64,000 bases of DNA from Trichoplax sp. H2 (lineage: Eukaryota): contig NOWV01000028.1 of the NCBI GenBank assembly GCA_003344405.1, positions 186,001 through 250,000 on the forward strand. Direction: 5' to 3'. This document shows positions 1 to 14,300 of the stretch, one piece after another. Under the pieces are notes generated by a model. The model did not search any database. It had not been told where the DNA came from and saw only the letters and a list, made by a program, of their open reading frames with translations. Position numbers and translations under genes: made by a program. Each line of letters opens with the position of its first letter. Position 1 is the first letter of the stretch.

Positions 1-2244
1 CAAGAAATAAAAGGTACAACTATTTACTGCATTCGTATAATTATTGAAAGTTAATTTACAAGATTTGAAGCGTGCAGTATGAATCGTAACAATTATGTAA
101 TCTGTAAATTATCTGCGATAAAGTTGGTAGTGCACAGAAGATTACCTAATTAGCAATTGCTCTGCAAATTTAGTTATGAGGTACTTATCTATTTACCGCA
201 AAAGACTTACAATGAATTATTGATGAATAGGAAGATGATCAAGTCTTTACTCAACATCAAATAGCTGGAGTAAATCCATATAATAGGTATTCTAACGAGT
301 AACTACTGTTACAGATAAATACCGTTACGATCATTATATGCCAATTATCATTGACAAAAACCTCAACATTACTTCATCTTCCTCCCATAGGAATAAGTAA
401 GTGTATGAAATAGGTCAATCTTAGAATGAATTAATTGCCGGTAATATTCATGGCCATGCTAATTTCACAATTAAATGAATAGTGCAAAATTGAACTTTAA
501 CTTAAACAATTTCAAGACATTCATTTTACGAGGTCTAGTTTGAAGCTAAAGTACTTACCCTGTTTCTGGTATTTAAGAAAAATCTTATGCCGAAAAAATA
601 GGATAATAGCTCGGATGGTTAATATAATTACAGTTCAATTATGTCTAATTTATCATTAACTTTTTCCAGAGATATTTAAACGCCTAATAATATCTCAATC
701 TATTTTTTATTATACGCTAATTTACATGGTATGAAACATTCGAAATTAAAATCACTACTTAGTCTATAATTTAAATGGAAGAAAGAAGTTGAATCCCATT
801 CAAATTCAACAACATAAAAGCTCAGAGATGATATTTTTTGCCTAAGTACATAGAGTATTATAAACTTGAAAGATGTCCAGTAAGGCAAGAATATAAGTAA
901 TATCCATGGTACTGCTAAATATAATTGCACATTTCTTAATTATTAAAGGCTATAGAAGATGGCTTAGTCGATGTTTCGAATTGTCTGAACTGAGAAACCT
1001 ATCAGCTAATCCCAGTGACAGTGAAGTATGATCTAAAACTGTTAAAATAAAATATCTAATAATTTCACCTACTACAGTTTTTGTTTTCAATTCAAATTTT
1101 AGTCAGGAGAGATTCTATCAGTTGCTATTCAAATGGACAGCATCTCAGATTGACCTTTGTATACTTCTAAGGATGGGAATAACTGAAAATAGCGAAAAAT
1201 TATTTCAATTTCTGTTGCAATGTTAGTCTATTGCTCATTACGTAGGTATGGTATAACTAATCAGATATGTATATCAAGTAAGCGAAATTTTCCGTGAGCA
1301 CATCCTCTCGCCCAAATTCTTCGTCACCATTGAAGGAGAATCTTAACCCTTAGCAATTTCGCTTTTATCATTTTTACTACTGCCCTATACTTTATTTGAT
1401 AATATTTTTAATCAAGAGCTCTCTCAAATGAGGACGGCAGTCAGTACTGTCTTTTTTGCTTGGTCATTTTATATGCATAACTATGAATATTGATTGGAGG
1501 TTTTAATTTAGCTTGCGATTAAAACTGCAAGCTGCTTATAGCCCATAATTTAATCTGAAATTTTCTATCTACAATTAAATATTTATTCTACAAATATAAC
1601 TCTAGTTTAGCACCTGTATACTAGCAAATTAAAGATTATTATAGGAATTTTCGCTTCTAGTATATAGCATATACCAGTAGAACTCATGCATTAATTAATG
1701 TCATTCGACAATAAATAAATCAAATACAAGATATATCGTAAAAGTGTAGAATAACTCATTACCATTTTGAGAATACTATAGTTATTTTTATTGAAAGAAA
1801 ACAGTATCATGAATCTGGAATCTTTACATCTTTGAAATTACTTGAATTTCTCGGAATTAAATTGATTAAGTTATGATATCAGATAAGATTGGTTTATATC
1901 GAACCTTTTTAAAATGTAAGTTCTTCATAAATATCATGCAGAAAATGAAAATCTATAAATTAAAGTCTGTAATATATATTTATAGACTCGAATCTCACTA
2001 AATCGAGGAAATTGAATAAAAACAGCAATCATCATTACTTCAATATTATTTCCAGAAGTACAGAATCGGCCAGAATGTTAGTAATTAAATATCTTATCCC
2101 AAGTAAAAGAATCTGTCAATTTTATGAAGATAAATTCATTATTAATACAGAAACCAATTTAAAACAATACTGTATCTAATATTACTGTCCTAATGAGCAA
2201 TAAAAGAAGATTATCTCTGGATCGGAGAGTGAATCATGTAGGCC

Positions 2245-5200
2245 TTATGCTCTTCGATCCCCAGTGCGAAGTGCTGCATTTTTACTAGATCTAGCATTCT
2301 TTTTCAAAGGCCGATTAGTAGTGTATACCATAATAAGAGCCATACCTAATTCTGTCACTCTAAAAAGACTTTGATACATGAGCCAAGGCCAAGGCGCTGG
2401 AAAATGAGGTGGTGCTAAAACTCCATAAATGCCAAATAACGAATAACTATTCAAGATAATACAACTTATTCCTAATATAGCGGAATACATAGTGATTCTA
2501 ATTACTTTTTTTACACTTGTGCACACTGCTGATGATTTAGGAGCTACAGAAGACTTCTTTCGTAACCTTTTAAAACGGGAACTTGCCTTACTAAGCGCTG
2601 TGGTAGTTGATATTGATGTCGAGACTGCTGCTGATTGCACTATTAATACTTTATTGTTACATTTAGTAAAGGATAAAATACGATAGCCACAGAATAAATA
2701 CGATATGCAAATAATTGCACCCCAAATAATGAAAAGGCTCTGACAGACAATGAGTAAATCCTTGTACCCACCACAGAAGGCAACTGCAGTATCAGCTGAG
2801 ATAACAATCTAAAAGAGGCAAAACCATAAAATGGGTGTTAATTAAAAGTTATAAAACCAAGAAAATGATCTACAGTTTTGTCTTGTATATCATCAGGCAA
2901 ATATTTATGATTCACAATATTAATTTGACATTAATTTGATTCATGAGTACGATACAAAACATAAAAAAGATCAACCTACTATACTACCTATGACAAAGAA
3001 TTCAAAACCGCAAGTGCAATCAATCAATTTTTCTATACGTAAGGTTGGGTTATAATGTAATGCATGCATGCTGATAATATAGGCGACCGAAAGTGTAAAA
3101 TTAATATGACTTTCAAAAATTAAAATCATACAGAACCGCTCGCGAATAACTAAGGTGCAGGAAAATCATAATAATGTAATAGGCGCTTTTCTTAGCAAAT
3201 TATGTCACCAAATACGGTTAAATGCTAACCCAAATAAGCTAGTCGGGCTTAGAATGTACTAACATAATAAGTTAAACTACTGTAATCAACCAAATAAGTT
3301 ATATTTTAAAGCTGCAATACTTAGTGCAGCAAGAAAACTTGACGCAGATCTATAAAATCAACCTTGCTTATAATAATATAGATAAATATAGATAAATTGA
3401 AGGTTTGAAAGATGTAATAGAAGACATTGTGCATTCTTCAAGCAGCATACTGGCTATTGAGTAATTCGGTCTCATTGATGATAATAGAATGAGCTACCGT
3501 ATTTTACTGTAGAGATAGTTTTTACTTCATTTGAGTATAAATGTAAATCGTATCTAATATAATATTCATATTAAGGCTCTTAGTTTCAAGGAATAGCCTG
3601 GATTGATTGATTGATTTTATTAGCATCAATGGCATAAATTTACTGATTAATAAAGTATCGGTAGTACAAGTAGAAAATAAAAGGAATAACTGAAAAAATT
3701 GTAAGGCTGCTTGCTACGAATAGTAATTATTAATTCAATTTTACCATATTTCTGCATTGATTTGTTATAACGACAGAAATAAAATGATAAATAAAGACTG
3801 AATACGTAGCATTAATATAGGAAACTATGAAATTTAAAGATATAAATATGTAATTAACAATACTGTCATATCAACCTACGAAATTTAAGTTAAACTTAAA
3901 AAAATCTCCTTTATTTTCACGTTACCAACGAGTAACCACAAATAACAAATTGCCAACGAACTTAAAGATTTGTTCAAATTTAACATCGGCAGAAGTCTCC
4001 CTTTCCTCTATCGTATCTCCTTTTTATATCATTACAATTAATACATCAATACTCTATATTTGTAAGGTAAGTTAAAAAAACACAACAATAGTAAATCCAA
4101 TCCACGAGCAGCCCGGGGGTATTTATACTACTGTTCGACGACTCTGATTATGGGTTCATTTCAATAGGTCAGTATAAGATTCTTACAGAACTTTTTACCT
4201 AAACGAATAGCTCGAAGGTAGTCATTTCTGCAGAGTACTGATTATTAAAATAGTATTCGTTATATCGCTAAGGGTGGCCACTGGGCCTTTAAATTTTGAT
4301 TTGATGTAATATTCTGATGAAAATTGTATAAACATAGAATCTTTATAGAGTTTTCTATATAGCCATTTTGATAGTTATATTTTCTTATAACGGTTGTTAT
4401 CGACAGAGCAAGCTTTGCTTGCATACACAAGCGATCCTTAGACAGATTATAATGATTGGTATAGAATAGACCACAGTGCTAAGGACATTGTACCGCACTG
4501 TCGATATCTTACAGTACCTGCTAATCTTAACTTGGTATATCCATCACCATCCATTAGTTATCATAATGTGCTTTGGACCATGAACTAATCTTAATATAGC
4601 ATTTCATCCATCAATGCATTATTGAAAAGTAGTATTCTACAAGCATAGCTGTGAATATATTAGTACCTGGCTATTACCGGGATATAAATAATGTCGAATG
4701 GTAATGCTATCTGTTAATTATTAACAAATAAGTACATTATCGTAAACCGTCAGCAAAGCGACGTGAGTTTGTACTAGTATGTATTAAAACATAATCTCAC
4801 GACAGTAATTATCCCTAAAATAGTGAATTCACACATCACCAGTAATAATCCCAAATATGAAAATCAATTGAACGTAACAGTAATTATTAGTTCAAGTTTG
4901 CCATATTTTCTGCACCGATTTGCTACAATGACAGAAATAAAATGATAAATAAAGACTGAATACGTAGCATCAATGAAGGAAACTATGAAAATTAAAGATA
5001 TAAAAATGTAATTAAAGATATCGTCAAATCAATCTTGATCTTCATATCAACAAACGAAATATAGGAAAGACGTTTCTAATCTGTCGGTATTCTTTAAGCA
5101 AGAGATACTCATAATTAGATATCTCTTCTGTTCAATTGGGAATAGCTGCATCTATTCTTTTCAAAGTATGTATAGACAGAGGCTAAACCAATAATTTCTA

Positions 5201-6647
5201 TAATTACTGTAACTCGATACAGCTAGATAGCTTAAACGAAATTTTTACACTGTTGGCATTTTAACAAACCATTTTATATTAACTTCATAGGATGTCTAAG
5301 TATGGTGATTAATTGATAATATATTATTTAATATTATTAAATCAAAACATTGGATAAATTATTAAATTTAAATCGCAAACCTAGAGACTGCAAAATAGCT
5401 CAGAATCCGTATGTCGTCTTACTCGCTACCCATAATTTCTAGAGGATTTTTGCAGACTACTATAGTCCATACATACGAAATGTGATAGAGATAAACTAAA
5501 TATTTTATTAAATTGCCGCAGATAACAGGGACCGATCGTAGGTAATAGAGTCAGATAATATTGCTATTATCAATCGAAAAGACTAGGAATCTTAATGTCA
5601 CGAGAAATCTCTTTTTTGGATCAATCTCAGCAAAAATATGATATAAGTCATATTTTAGCGGACATTAATAAAGTCATTAAATTCCCTAGATTGTAGTATA
5701 AATTTTCAATTTAGGCTGTAACATTCAGGTTTTGTACATAAATGTTAATTTGGGATAGGAAGGATTTTGAAGACAAAAGTGTGACAGTGTTTAGTTAAAA
5801 GTCCGAAAAAAAGTTAGCAATTTCAAACTCAATTTACTTCAAATTTGAATTAAATTGTGGTAAAATAGTAATACCAATAGATATAATATTTAACATTTAT
5901 TTACTAATTGAAAAGTTACTCAGGCGATTAAGTTCCTAGGTTTAAACTACAATTCCGATAAAAATATAGTTTTTTAAGTTCTACCACTTCAAAATCAAAA
6001 AAGGAGTTATTTCAATAAGAATGGTAAACCAGTAATGTCAGTATTGTAAATAAATCTAAAAAATTTTATAAACTCTTTCTATGTCTTGGCTAAAAGAATC
6101 TTCACAAACAGTTTTTAATATGGGAGCGTTGAAAAATGAAATTATCTTAATCGTAAAGATTATAACATTAACTTACAGCAAAGTGGAGCGTAATGACAGA
6201 TACAATGAAAGCCGGATGTTGCAGTTTCTTGGAGACAGTTTTAACTTTAACACAATTTATGATAGCTAAAAATATCAAGGTAAATGCCGAAGTTAAGCAA
6301 GGATAACCTATGCCATGGAGAACCCTAGTTGTCACTGGTAATAATTGAGTAGTATTGCCAAAACGTTGTAAGTCATTACTAGATTCATAGGGATCATAGA
6401 GAAGAAAAACCGTTCTAACTAAAGCAAAAAAGATCAAAAGGAAATTAATTGCCAAATAAAATCGCTTTTTAAATATACTTTCACCATAGGCTATGATCGA
6501 AGCGAGAGCGTATATACCAACGCATCCAAAACATGTCGCAAAAAAGTAAATATGAAATTGAAATGCGACAAACCAAGAATGAATAGCACTTGAATTAACC
6601 CAGTGTGGATTAGGTTCAGGGACAGTAATATCAGATTGACACTGCAT
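2245..6647 (-). CDS. PRRT3/PRRT4-family (proline-rich transmembrane protein-like) 7-TM membrane protein, 2 coding exons, ~344 aa
   Basis: Exons 6177-6647 (ATG at 6647, in-frame TAA just upstream at 6660-6662, ends GCT|gtaagt) and 2245-2808 (ttttag|ATT), joined in phase 0: ...VITLHFA|IVISADTAVAF... Seven hydrophobic segments. Motifs HIYFFATCF, RTVFLLYDPY, YPCLTSAF and WPWLMYQSLFRVTE resemble the PRRT3/4 TM domain (recognised from memory, not searched). Confidence 0.75.
3742..5062 (+). repeat. Dispersed ~130-150-bp direct repeat, copies ~3742-3885 and ~4900-5062 (intron of the 7-TM gene)
   Basis: Shared core gacagaaataaaatgataaataaagactgaatacgtagcat. Confidence 0.85.
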
Positions 6648-7139
6648 ATTGGGTAAAGATTATTCTAATATACTAAAACTAATAAGGTATTGTAAAAGAG
6701 AAAAACCCAAGAAATGATCGAAGATATATCTAATTATGAACAACGTATATATGGGACTGATGGTCCAAAATTTCAAGAGCAAAGTTACTTTTTAGCTGAA
6801 ATAGCAATTTTTACAGTTAAATTTGTTGTTCTTTCTCCAAAATAATTGAATATAGTACACAAGAAAAGGAAATGAAAAGAAGCTAGGTGCTAAGAACTTT
6901 TTCCTTCCTTGTATTTTGTCATTTAAGGTTTAATCCCTATATTAAAATAATTGAAAATTGTAGAATATATTAGTGGTAGACTTTAGATTTTAAGCTGTTC
7001 TGATAATGATGATGATGATGATACAAGAAAGGCTTATAAATGCAATTTGTGCATTGAGCAATGGTCCAGTTGATATTTTTAGGAAAAAGGAACCGCTATT
7101 GGAAACAAGTTCAGAGGTAATGTAAACCAAGGTACAGTA

Positions 7140-7625
7140 TACTATATATCACTGTAGTAATCGAATGAAGTTGATTTCACAAATTTTGATACTTTCACCA
7201 AATTAATCCAGAAGCTATCGCCGACATTAAGCTTGAAGTTAACAATATGGTGATCCTTATAGACAATAAAGTGGAATAGAGATACGAAACCAGTAACCCT
7301 GAATCATTAAATAAAACATCATTAAAAAAATCTCTGAAATCTGATTATTAAAATTGATATTGTAGATAAAATGAAATGCTGAAGGAAAGAATTTCAACGA
7401 AATTATAGGCCAAAATGTATATCACTTTGGTGATCGAATGAAACGAATTTCAGAGATTTAAGTAATTTAACCAAAATTAATATAGAAGATACTAACAATA
7501 TTAAGTTTGAGGTTAACAATTTAGTGATTTTTATAGATAACAAAGCGGCCAAAAGATGCGAAATCAATAATTTGAATGACTAAATATAAAATCGATTAAC
7601 ATATGTCTGAAATTTGATTACACCA
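7140..7625. repeat. Degenerate direct duplication, ~275-bp spacing
   Basis: tatatcact..gt.atcgaatgaa...ccaaaattaat..agaag.ta...gttaacaat at ~7145 and ~7418. Confidence 0.75.
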
Positions 7626-9130
7626 TTAATAAATCTCTGTTTGGAACAAGTGCTATAGTACCGATAACATAACTGCAGTATGGTAAAATTTCGTATATTT
7701 TGTTAGTATCAATAGAAATGAAGATAAAAGATTAAAAGTTGCATTAATAATAATAGTTAATTAAAATTTCAAATAGAATGATAAATAGTCAACGAAGAAT
7801 ATCTTATATTATATGCGTACAGCGACAAATATAAACTAGTTCGATCAGATCTTGCCACGTTAGTATCATTCGATCACACGAAAAATTAACAATAGTTTAT
7901 TCAAATTATTTTGAATACCCCATAAACAAACAATGATATAGTAACCTACCTATTGTCGCTATTTTGTTTATATTGTTGGCATCATCATTTGAGTAAGAAA
8001 AATAAGCTAAACAGAGCCGTTGCTACCAAGACTCTTGCCTCTGTGTATCACTGCTTGAATGAAAAATAAATCTATAATTATCTTTAGAGGCTAAAATATG
8101 AAATTGAATTACTGTACAGTCCATATTATCAACAAGATCCACTATTATTCAAGTTTTATACGTAATGTTTTGCTTAAAGTGATCAAGATTTAACACTACT
8201 TTAGGTCTTAAGGTTATTTTATCAATAATATCCATTAGGACCTCATTAAGCTACAAAATTAATGTGTAGACATGTAGATCACCAATTTGTCTAATTTATA
8301 TAGTTGGAAGAATTAGATGTTACAGATGAGTAATAAGACACAACTAATTCAAAACTGATATATTGACAACTAGGCACAAAATTAAAGCTTATTAAAGCTC
8401 TTCAATCTACTGAGAATAGTCATCTTAATTTTCACAGGCCCTAAATACCATCCATTTTATGAAATAATGCACAAGTACAAATACAGAAACTAATTTAGAC
8501 CAATTACATTAAAATAATAACCTTATCTACATCTTGATAATTAATGCTAACCCAAATTATTACCTGAATATTACTGTAATATCGACGTAAAATACAGAAT
8601 TGAGGATTATTCATTTATAATTCGATGGGTTTCAACTTAAACGCCTCTTCAGATGTTACATATCATTATCCATGGGAACGGATATGTTGTGATGCTATAG
8701 TATGAGATGATCAATAAGGCTAAAAGGTTGTCATGATGATTAATTAGGCAAAACTAACACAGCTAATGGCTTGTAAAGAACGATAGATTTAAACGAAAAA
8801 GATTGCATAAGACTGTCACTGCTAGACATTACCCGAACGGAATAATGCTATTAAATTATTAGATTAGCTTTTAAATAATTTATACGAGACTTATTCAATT
8901 AACAGGATAGAGGGTTAAGGCAATTGTAAAATTAAATATAACCCTAGTAAAACGCATAACATCATGACTTCCATTAGTTTATACATATTATTTATCAAGC
9001 AGATGTTTTCAATTAAATATCAATTAGTATCGAAAGTACTAGTAATCTATTGCCATAATATAATATTGTTATTCTAGCCTCGAGCTATCATTTAATTAGA
9101 ATATCGGGGTACATATCAAATTTGGATTGA

Positions 9131-10100
9131 TGAATTTAATTTCAACGATTTTAGTAGAAATGAACTTTGCAATTTTGCACTCGTAGCTAGTACCAAAACG
9201 TAAGATTATCTACAGCATTATTTAGACAGACACTAGCATTATTTCTTGAGCACATAACCATCGTCTCCTTACTTGTTCTTATTACTAGTGATAAGCTTGT
9301 ACAAAATAAATGATTGAGACAAATAAATTTGACAATGGTAGTGTCGTAGCCAGCCCACGACAGGGAGACCTGGTCCTTTGAAGTTGTATGATAGCTAGGG
9401 CTACAACAGCCAAGTATGCCCCAACGGGCTAAGCATATACTAGTCTTAGACTTTTAAAATAGTTTTATTGAGTGAAGGTAGCCTTGCCATCCAAGACTAC
9501 TCTGACCCCACGGTCAACCGACAACTGAACTGCTAGTGAGAGAGCTGGGCTTTATATACCCTAGCTCGGTCGCACTCGGTGCACAGCTTAGGTAAACAAC
9601 TCTAAAACATACAGCTTTTGTATAGCCGTTTGCCTATATGGTTTAGTATGACAAACGGCGTAAACAACACTAATGAGTTATGAACTAATTAAGAGCCAAT
9701 TAACAACCAAAGGCTCAGCACAAAGTAACAGAGATTACTATGGTGTGAACATTACTTATTACTTCTGTAAACACATTGTTCTGCACAGAGCCTACAACAA
9801 GTGTAATTAGACTACTAATAATGTTATAATTACTCCATAGCTAATAAATAAATGTTATTGCCAATTAANNNNNNNNNNNNNNNNNNNNTGAATTTAATTT
9901 CAACGATTTTAGTAGAAATGAACTTTGCAATTTTGCACTCGTAGCTAGTACCAAAACGTAAGATTATCTACAGCATTATTTAGACAGACACTAGCATTAT
10001 TTCTTGAGCACATAACCATCGTCTCCTTACTTGTTCTTATTACTAGTGATAAGCCTATACAAAATAAATGATTGAGACAAATAAATTTGACAATGGTAGT
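9131..10100. repeat. 212-bp near-identical duplication (9131-9342 and 9889-10100) flanking gap 9869-9888; probable allelic overlap
   Basis: Direct comparison shows 2 substitutions (aagcttgtac versus aagcctatac). Confidence 0.85.
9342..9868 (-). mobile_element. LTR-like insertion (putative retrotransposon LTR), running into an assembly gap
   Basis: Begins TGTCGTAGCC exactly where the flank 9131-9342 diverges from its twin 9889-10100 (ggtag|tgtcg versus ggtag|taaca). Matching inverted end CTACAACA at 9792-9799. On the minus strand a TATATAAA (9551-9558) precedes AATAAA (9464-9469). GC is higher than in the flanks. Confidence 0.55.
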
Positions 10101-11328
10101 AACATATCAAATGTTTCTACTGCAACATTTGCGATATTTCAAATGTAAACTATCTGATGCGTATGAGTGGAATTTACCATTAATTATATAGACATAAATT
10201 TATACTTCTGTTTCAATTTAGTTACAACATAGCTGCAAAGAATTCCTATTAGAAATTATAATTTATTTCTTGTTGGCAAAAAGCTAAGTTATTATCCAAA
10301 TTTCGATTAATATTATTATGCAAACTTATTCTAAATAGTCAGTATTACAATATCAAAAAATTGCTATTCACAAAACCCTTACAGTGTATGTGAATATACA
10401 ACACTACACCTAATTAGTGCAAACATTAGAAATGAATATTTGATACATAGGCGATTAATGCTTTTAGACACTAATAGTTAATTCAAAATTATAACATGAA
10501 GTGCGAACTTTGTAGTAAATACGTAGTAAAATCCTAAGTAAAAGTTATATTTTGCTATAATTAAGCCTTTTTCAACGTTTAAATTATAAGTATGCTCTAC
10601 ATTCAAGAAAATATAGCCTAAACTTGTGGACTGACATTACTATAAATTACGGTTTATTCAAAGTAGGTAAATGACAGATAATCTTAATTCTTCAAGTACA
10701 CAACTATTAGTACCTGAGAATTCATAATTTATAGTTCACAGGCCCTGTGCTATGATAGAAGATAGTTTTAAATAAAATAATACTTTATTAATCACCGAAT
10801 GCTCTGATTATTTGTAGAATATTTCAATATTTTCTCTGAATGCAGTGCCTTCCATAAGTACATTTTTCGCTAATTTTTTCAATTTTATAATGCTTCTTTT
10901 TACTGTTAAGAAATACTCATTTTCATGACCATTATCGTAGACATGTTGCTTTTAGGCTATAATATTATATTCGGTACTTGATATACTTTAAATTGGCTAT
11001 TAAATGTAATAAATAGGGATACTACTGAAAAATTGTACGGCATGCATAAATTAATTATTAACAACCTATGCTAATAATATGGCCTATCCGTGAATACACC
11101 ATTAACAAATTATCCTTATAATATGTATAGTATAACCGTAAATATATCTTCTAATTTTAAATACAATAGTAACATATAGATAAAAATGCTGTTAACCGCC
11201 TCACGACATCATATTACTTGATGAAGTAGCAGACATGAGTCAGATAGACATGAAGAATATTGAATTAAGTGTTTAGAATCAGGTAAAGTGTTACTATAGT
11301 GTCATGAAATAAGAAAATGGATAGGATA

Positions 11329-14300
11329 TTATTTAGTATTTGCCCTAATCTTAGCCAGTACAGCCTCTCTTTTAACAGTAAGTGTATTGACATTTGTGTC
11401 TTGTTGCTTTCTATTAGTTTTTATTGCCGTATCTAGGCGATCAATTTCGTTATCCATTTGTAATAATTCATTGCTTATCTTTTCGTATTTTTTCATGGTA
11501 ACTTCCATAGAATCTCCTATGGCTACGTCTTGACTACCTAAGCTGTTTTTTCGTTGCACTGGGCTACTAGAAGACCAATTCGACTCTTGCTGATGGTTTG
11601 CTTTGGAATGGCTATATGTACGCTTCCTAATTGTACTACCAATATGGCGATGATGCTGATTACTTATTATTTTCTTAATATTATTTAAATGTTTTGTTGC
11701 TTCATCACGCTTTAACATGATTGAATTTCGATTTTTCTTGTATTGAGTATCAAATCGAGCTGCACGTTGATTTTCATCTTCAATGGCTGCATTATACTGT
11801 TCGATAACAGAAATTTCCGGAGTCCCACTGACGGGTGATGGTAATCTCCAAGTATTAGATTTACTTCTGACTTTCTCTAGAAATTCGTTCTCTATGTTAT
11901 CGATGCTAAGAACCTCAGCCTGAATTCAGATTAAAATACAACCGTTAATTAGTGCAGCAAAGGTGCAATTGATTTTATCTAGTCGTAAAAAATATATTAT
12001 TCTAGCTTTTAATAATAACTCACCGTTTCAGATTCTTTAATAGGGGAAGCATCATTGGACGACGGTGATAATAAACGAATATCAGAGTTATTCAGCGAAT
12101 TAATTAACCTTTCTTTTTGAGCTTTTAACTGAGAAACCAACTTTTCTTTAGCTGATTGCTGTTTGTCCATACGTGATTCTTGTAGGCCTTTGGCGACTAA
12201 TTGCGGACTATTCGGGTTTGAATTTTGTTTTCGTATCGACGTCGAATCACTTGCTGTGGTCAATATGATTTCAGAATTATTCGGCTTTAAAGCATGGTAA
12301 TCGTTTTGGTCTAATTTTGTTAAATCAGCTAAGGAATCTAGCGGTAGCTGCTGCGGCATTGCTTCGTCATGAGCTTCATTTTGTCGATCATGATGTTGGC
12401 TATCAGTGTTATCCACTTCTTTTTCTGATGAATTCTTAGTTGCATTGTCTGAAATCGATTGATTATCGTTGTTTCTTTTTTTCTTCCTTAATATACTTAG
12501 CTTTTTTGCTTTAGGTTTACCGCTTGCTTCCATAATTGCTTGCGATAATGCATATATCCAACTGGTTCTTGTCTCCAGTGAAGTACAGCTGTAATAGTAT
12601 GTTTTTAAGAGACCCGTACTTAACGAAAATATATAACGATGATTTCTACTACCAACAGCTCTCACATCATAGCCCCTTAGAAGTAGAGAATCAGAGGGAG
12701 CTGCATCATTCGGCTCCTTATAGCAATGTAAAGTCATTGAAGATAGTGTGAACCAATACGATGTCCATTTACCAACTGCGTTTTTTCTTTCTAAAAAGCC
12801 ATAACAAGAAGAGCCTTGCACTGCTTGATGATGAAACAATTTAGATTCTCCATTGACGTTATTTTGTGGAGATGAAAGACTATTCTTCATAATGGATGAC
12901 TTTTCACCATCAACTGATTCAGACGGATCGAATGTCAGAGTTAAGGGACGACGTTGATATAAGAAAGACCTTCCCTATATATTGGAAGAGATCAATTCGG
13001 GTTATATCTGAGTTAAGAAGGAAAGAAATTTGAGTTTATACCAGCATAAACCGAAGTCATATACTATCTAGCGATTGTGTAAAGTATACCAGCAACCTAC
13101 GATATTCTTCTAAGAGATAAAAGTTTGCAAAATGTTGTAGACTATGTCTATTAGAGCCTTATCTATACTTTACTATGGAATAGGATAATCTTGAGATCAT
13201 AATAATTATTTGCTATCGTAGTTCTTTTCGTTTTCATGACTACTACTTGATAATAAATAGCCTAGGCCCGCTATTCAACTAAAATACTCATAGGATACCA
13301 TGAAGAATAAATAATCAAATTAATTTGAAATTGAGCAGATATAACAAGGAACTAGTTTTACATTTATCCTTTGTTGTTACAATAATTTGCCCTTATTTAA
13401 TATATTTAAATAGGAGAAAGATTATCTAACTGAAATACAGTACTTTCTCTTTAATGAAAAAAATTGACAGGGAATTAAATTATCCAAAAATGCTAGACAA
13501 TGTAGCTAAACAACGTCTTAAGTCCTATAAAGTAATTGTCCTTTTAATGTTATTATTACTGAGAGGAATATGATATCGATTACATTGCTAAACAACGTAC
13601 TAAGTTTTATAGAGTAGCTGCCCTTTTAATGTCATTATAATCAGCAGAAATATAACATTTATTACTTGTAAAACAACGTAAATCTACTCATACTGAAGCA
13701 AAATATCTAACGCTATTTTCTATTTAATAGTAAAATGTACAGAGAATTAAAATATCCAAAAATGCTAGACAAAGTGGCTATCCAGCGTGCTTAGGTTTAT
13801 AGAGTAGATGTCCTTTCAATGTCGTCAATAGGATTATAAATATTCATTACTTATAAAGCAAAGTTTAATATCATGGCTAAAACCTATTAGCGATCTGCTC
13901 GTATTGAAGGAAGATCTTAATATTTGACTAAGGCGATAAATGATGAAATAAGCAACTCTCACCTTGCGATGATTTCTACTCGGTTTTGGTTTAATTACAG
14001 TAGTATCATCTCCGGCATTTTGATTTATTATTGGCTGATTATTATCCTCTTCAGATGCAGCGCTAAGTTGACTAAATTCGCTCTCAATGGCATTAACCCA
14101 ACTGTCCTGCTGGGTTTTATTGGATGCGCCTAAGACCAATCGGCCGTTGGGATGCATTAACTCGAAAACATATAATTTCTTCTCCCCGGTGGCTTGCTTA
14201 GTATTATTTTTAATTCTTCTTACTTCATTACATGTTACTAATCGGCAATGGTCTAAACGGTAGATATTCTCGGGCGGTGCTGTATCATAAACTGTTTCAT

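Noticed and set aside
13008..13009. Alternative acceptor (ctcag) for the PH2 exon
   Set aside because: Gives an immediate stop (ATA TAA) in phase 0; the acceptor at 12975-12976 keeps the frame.
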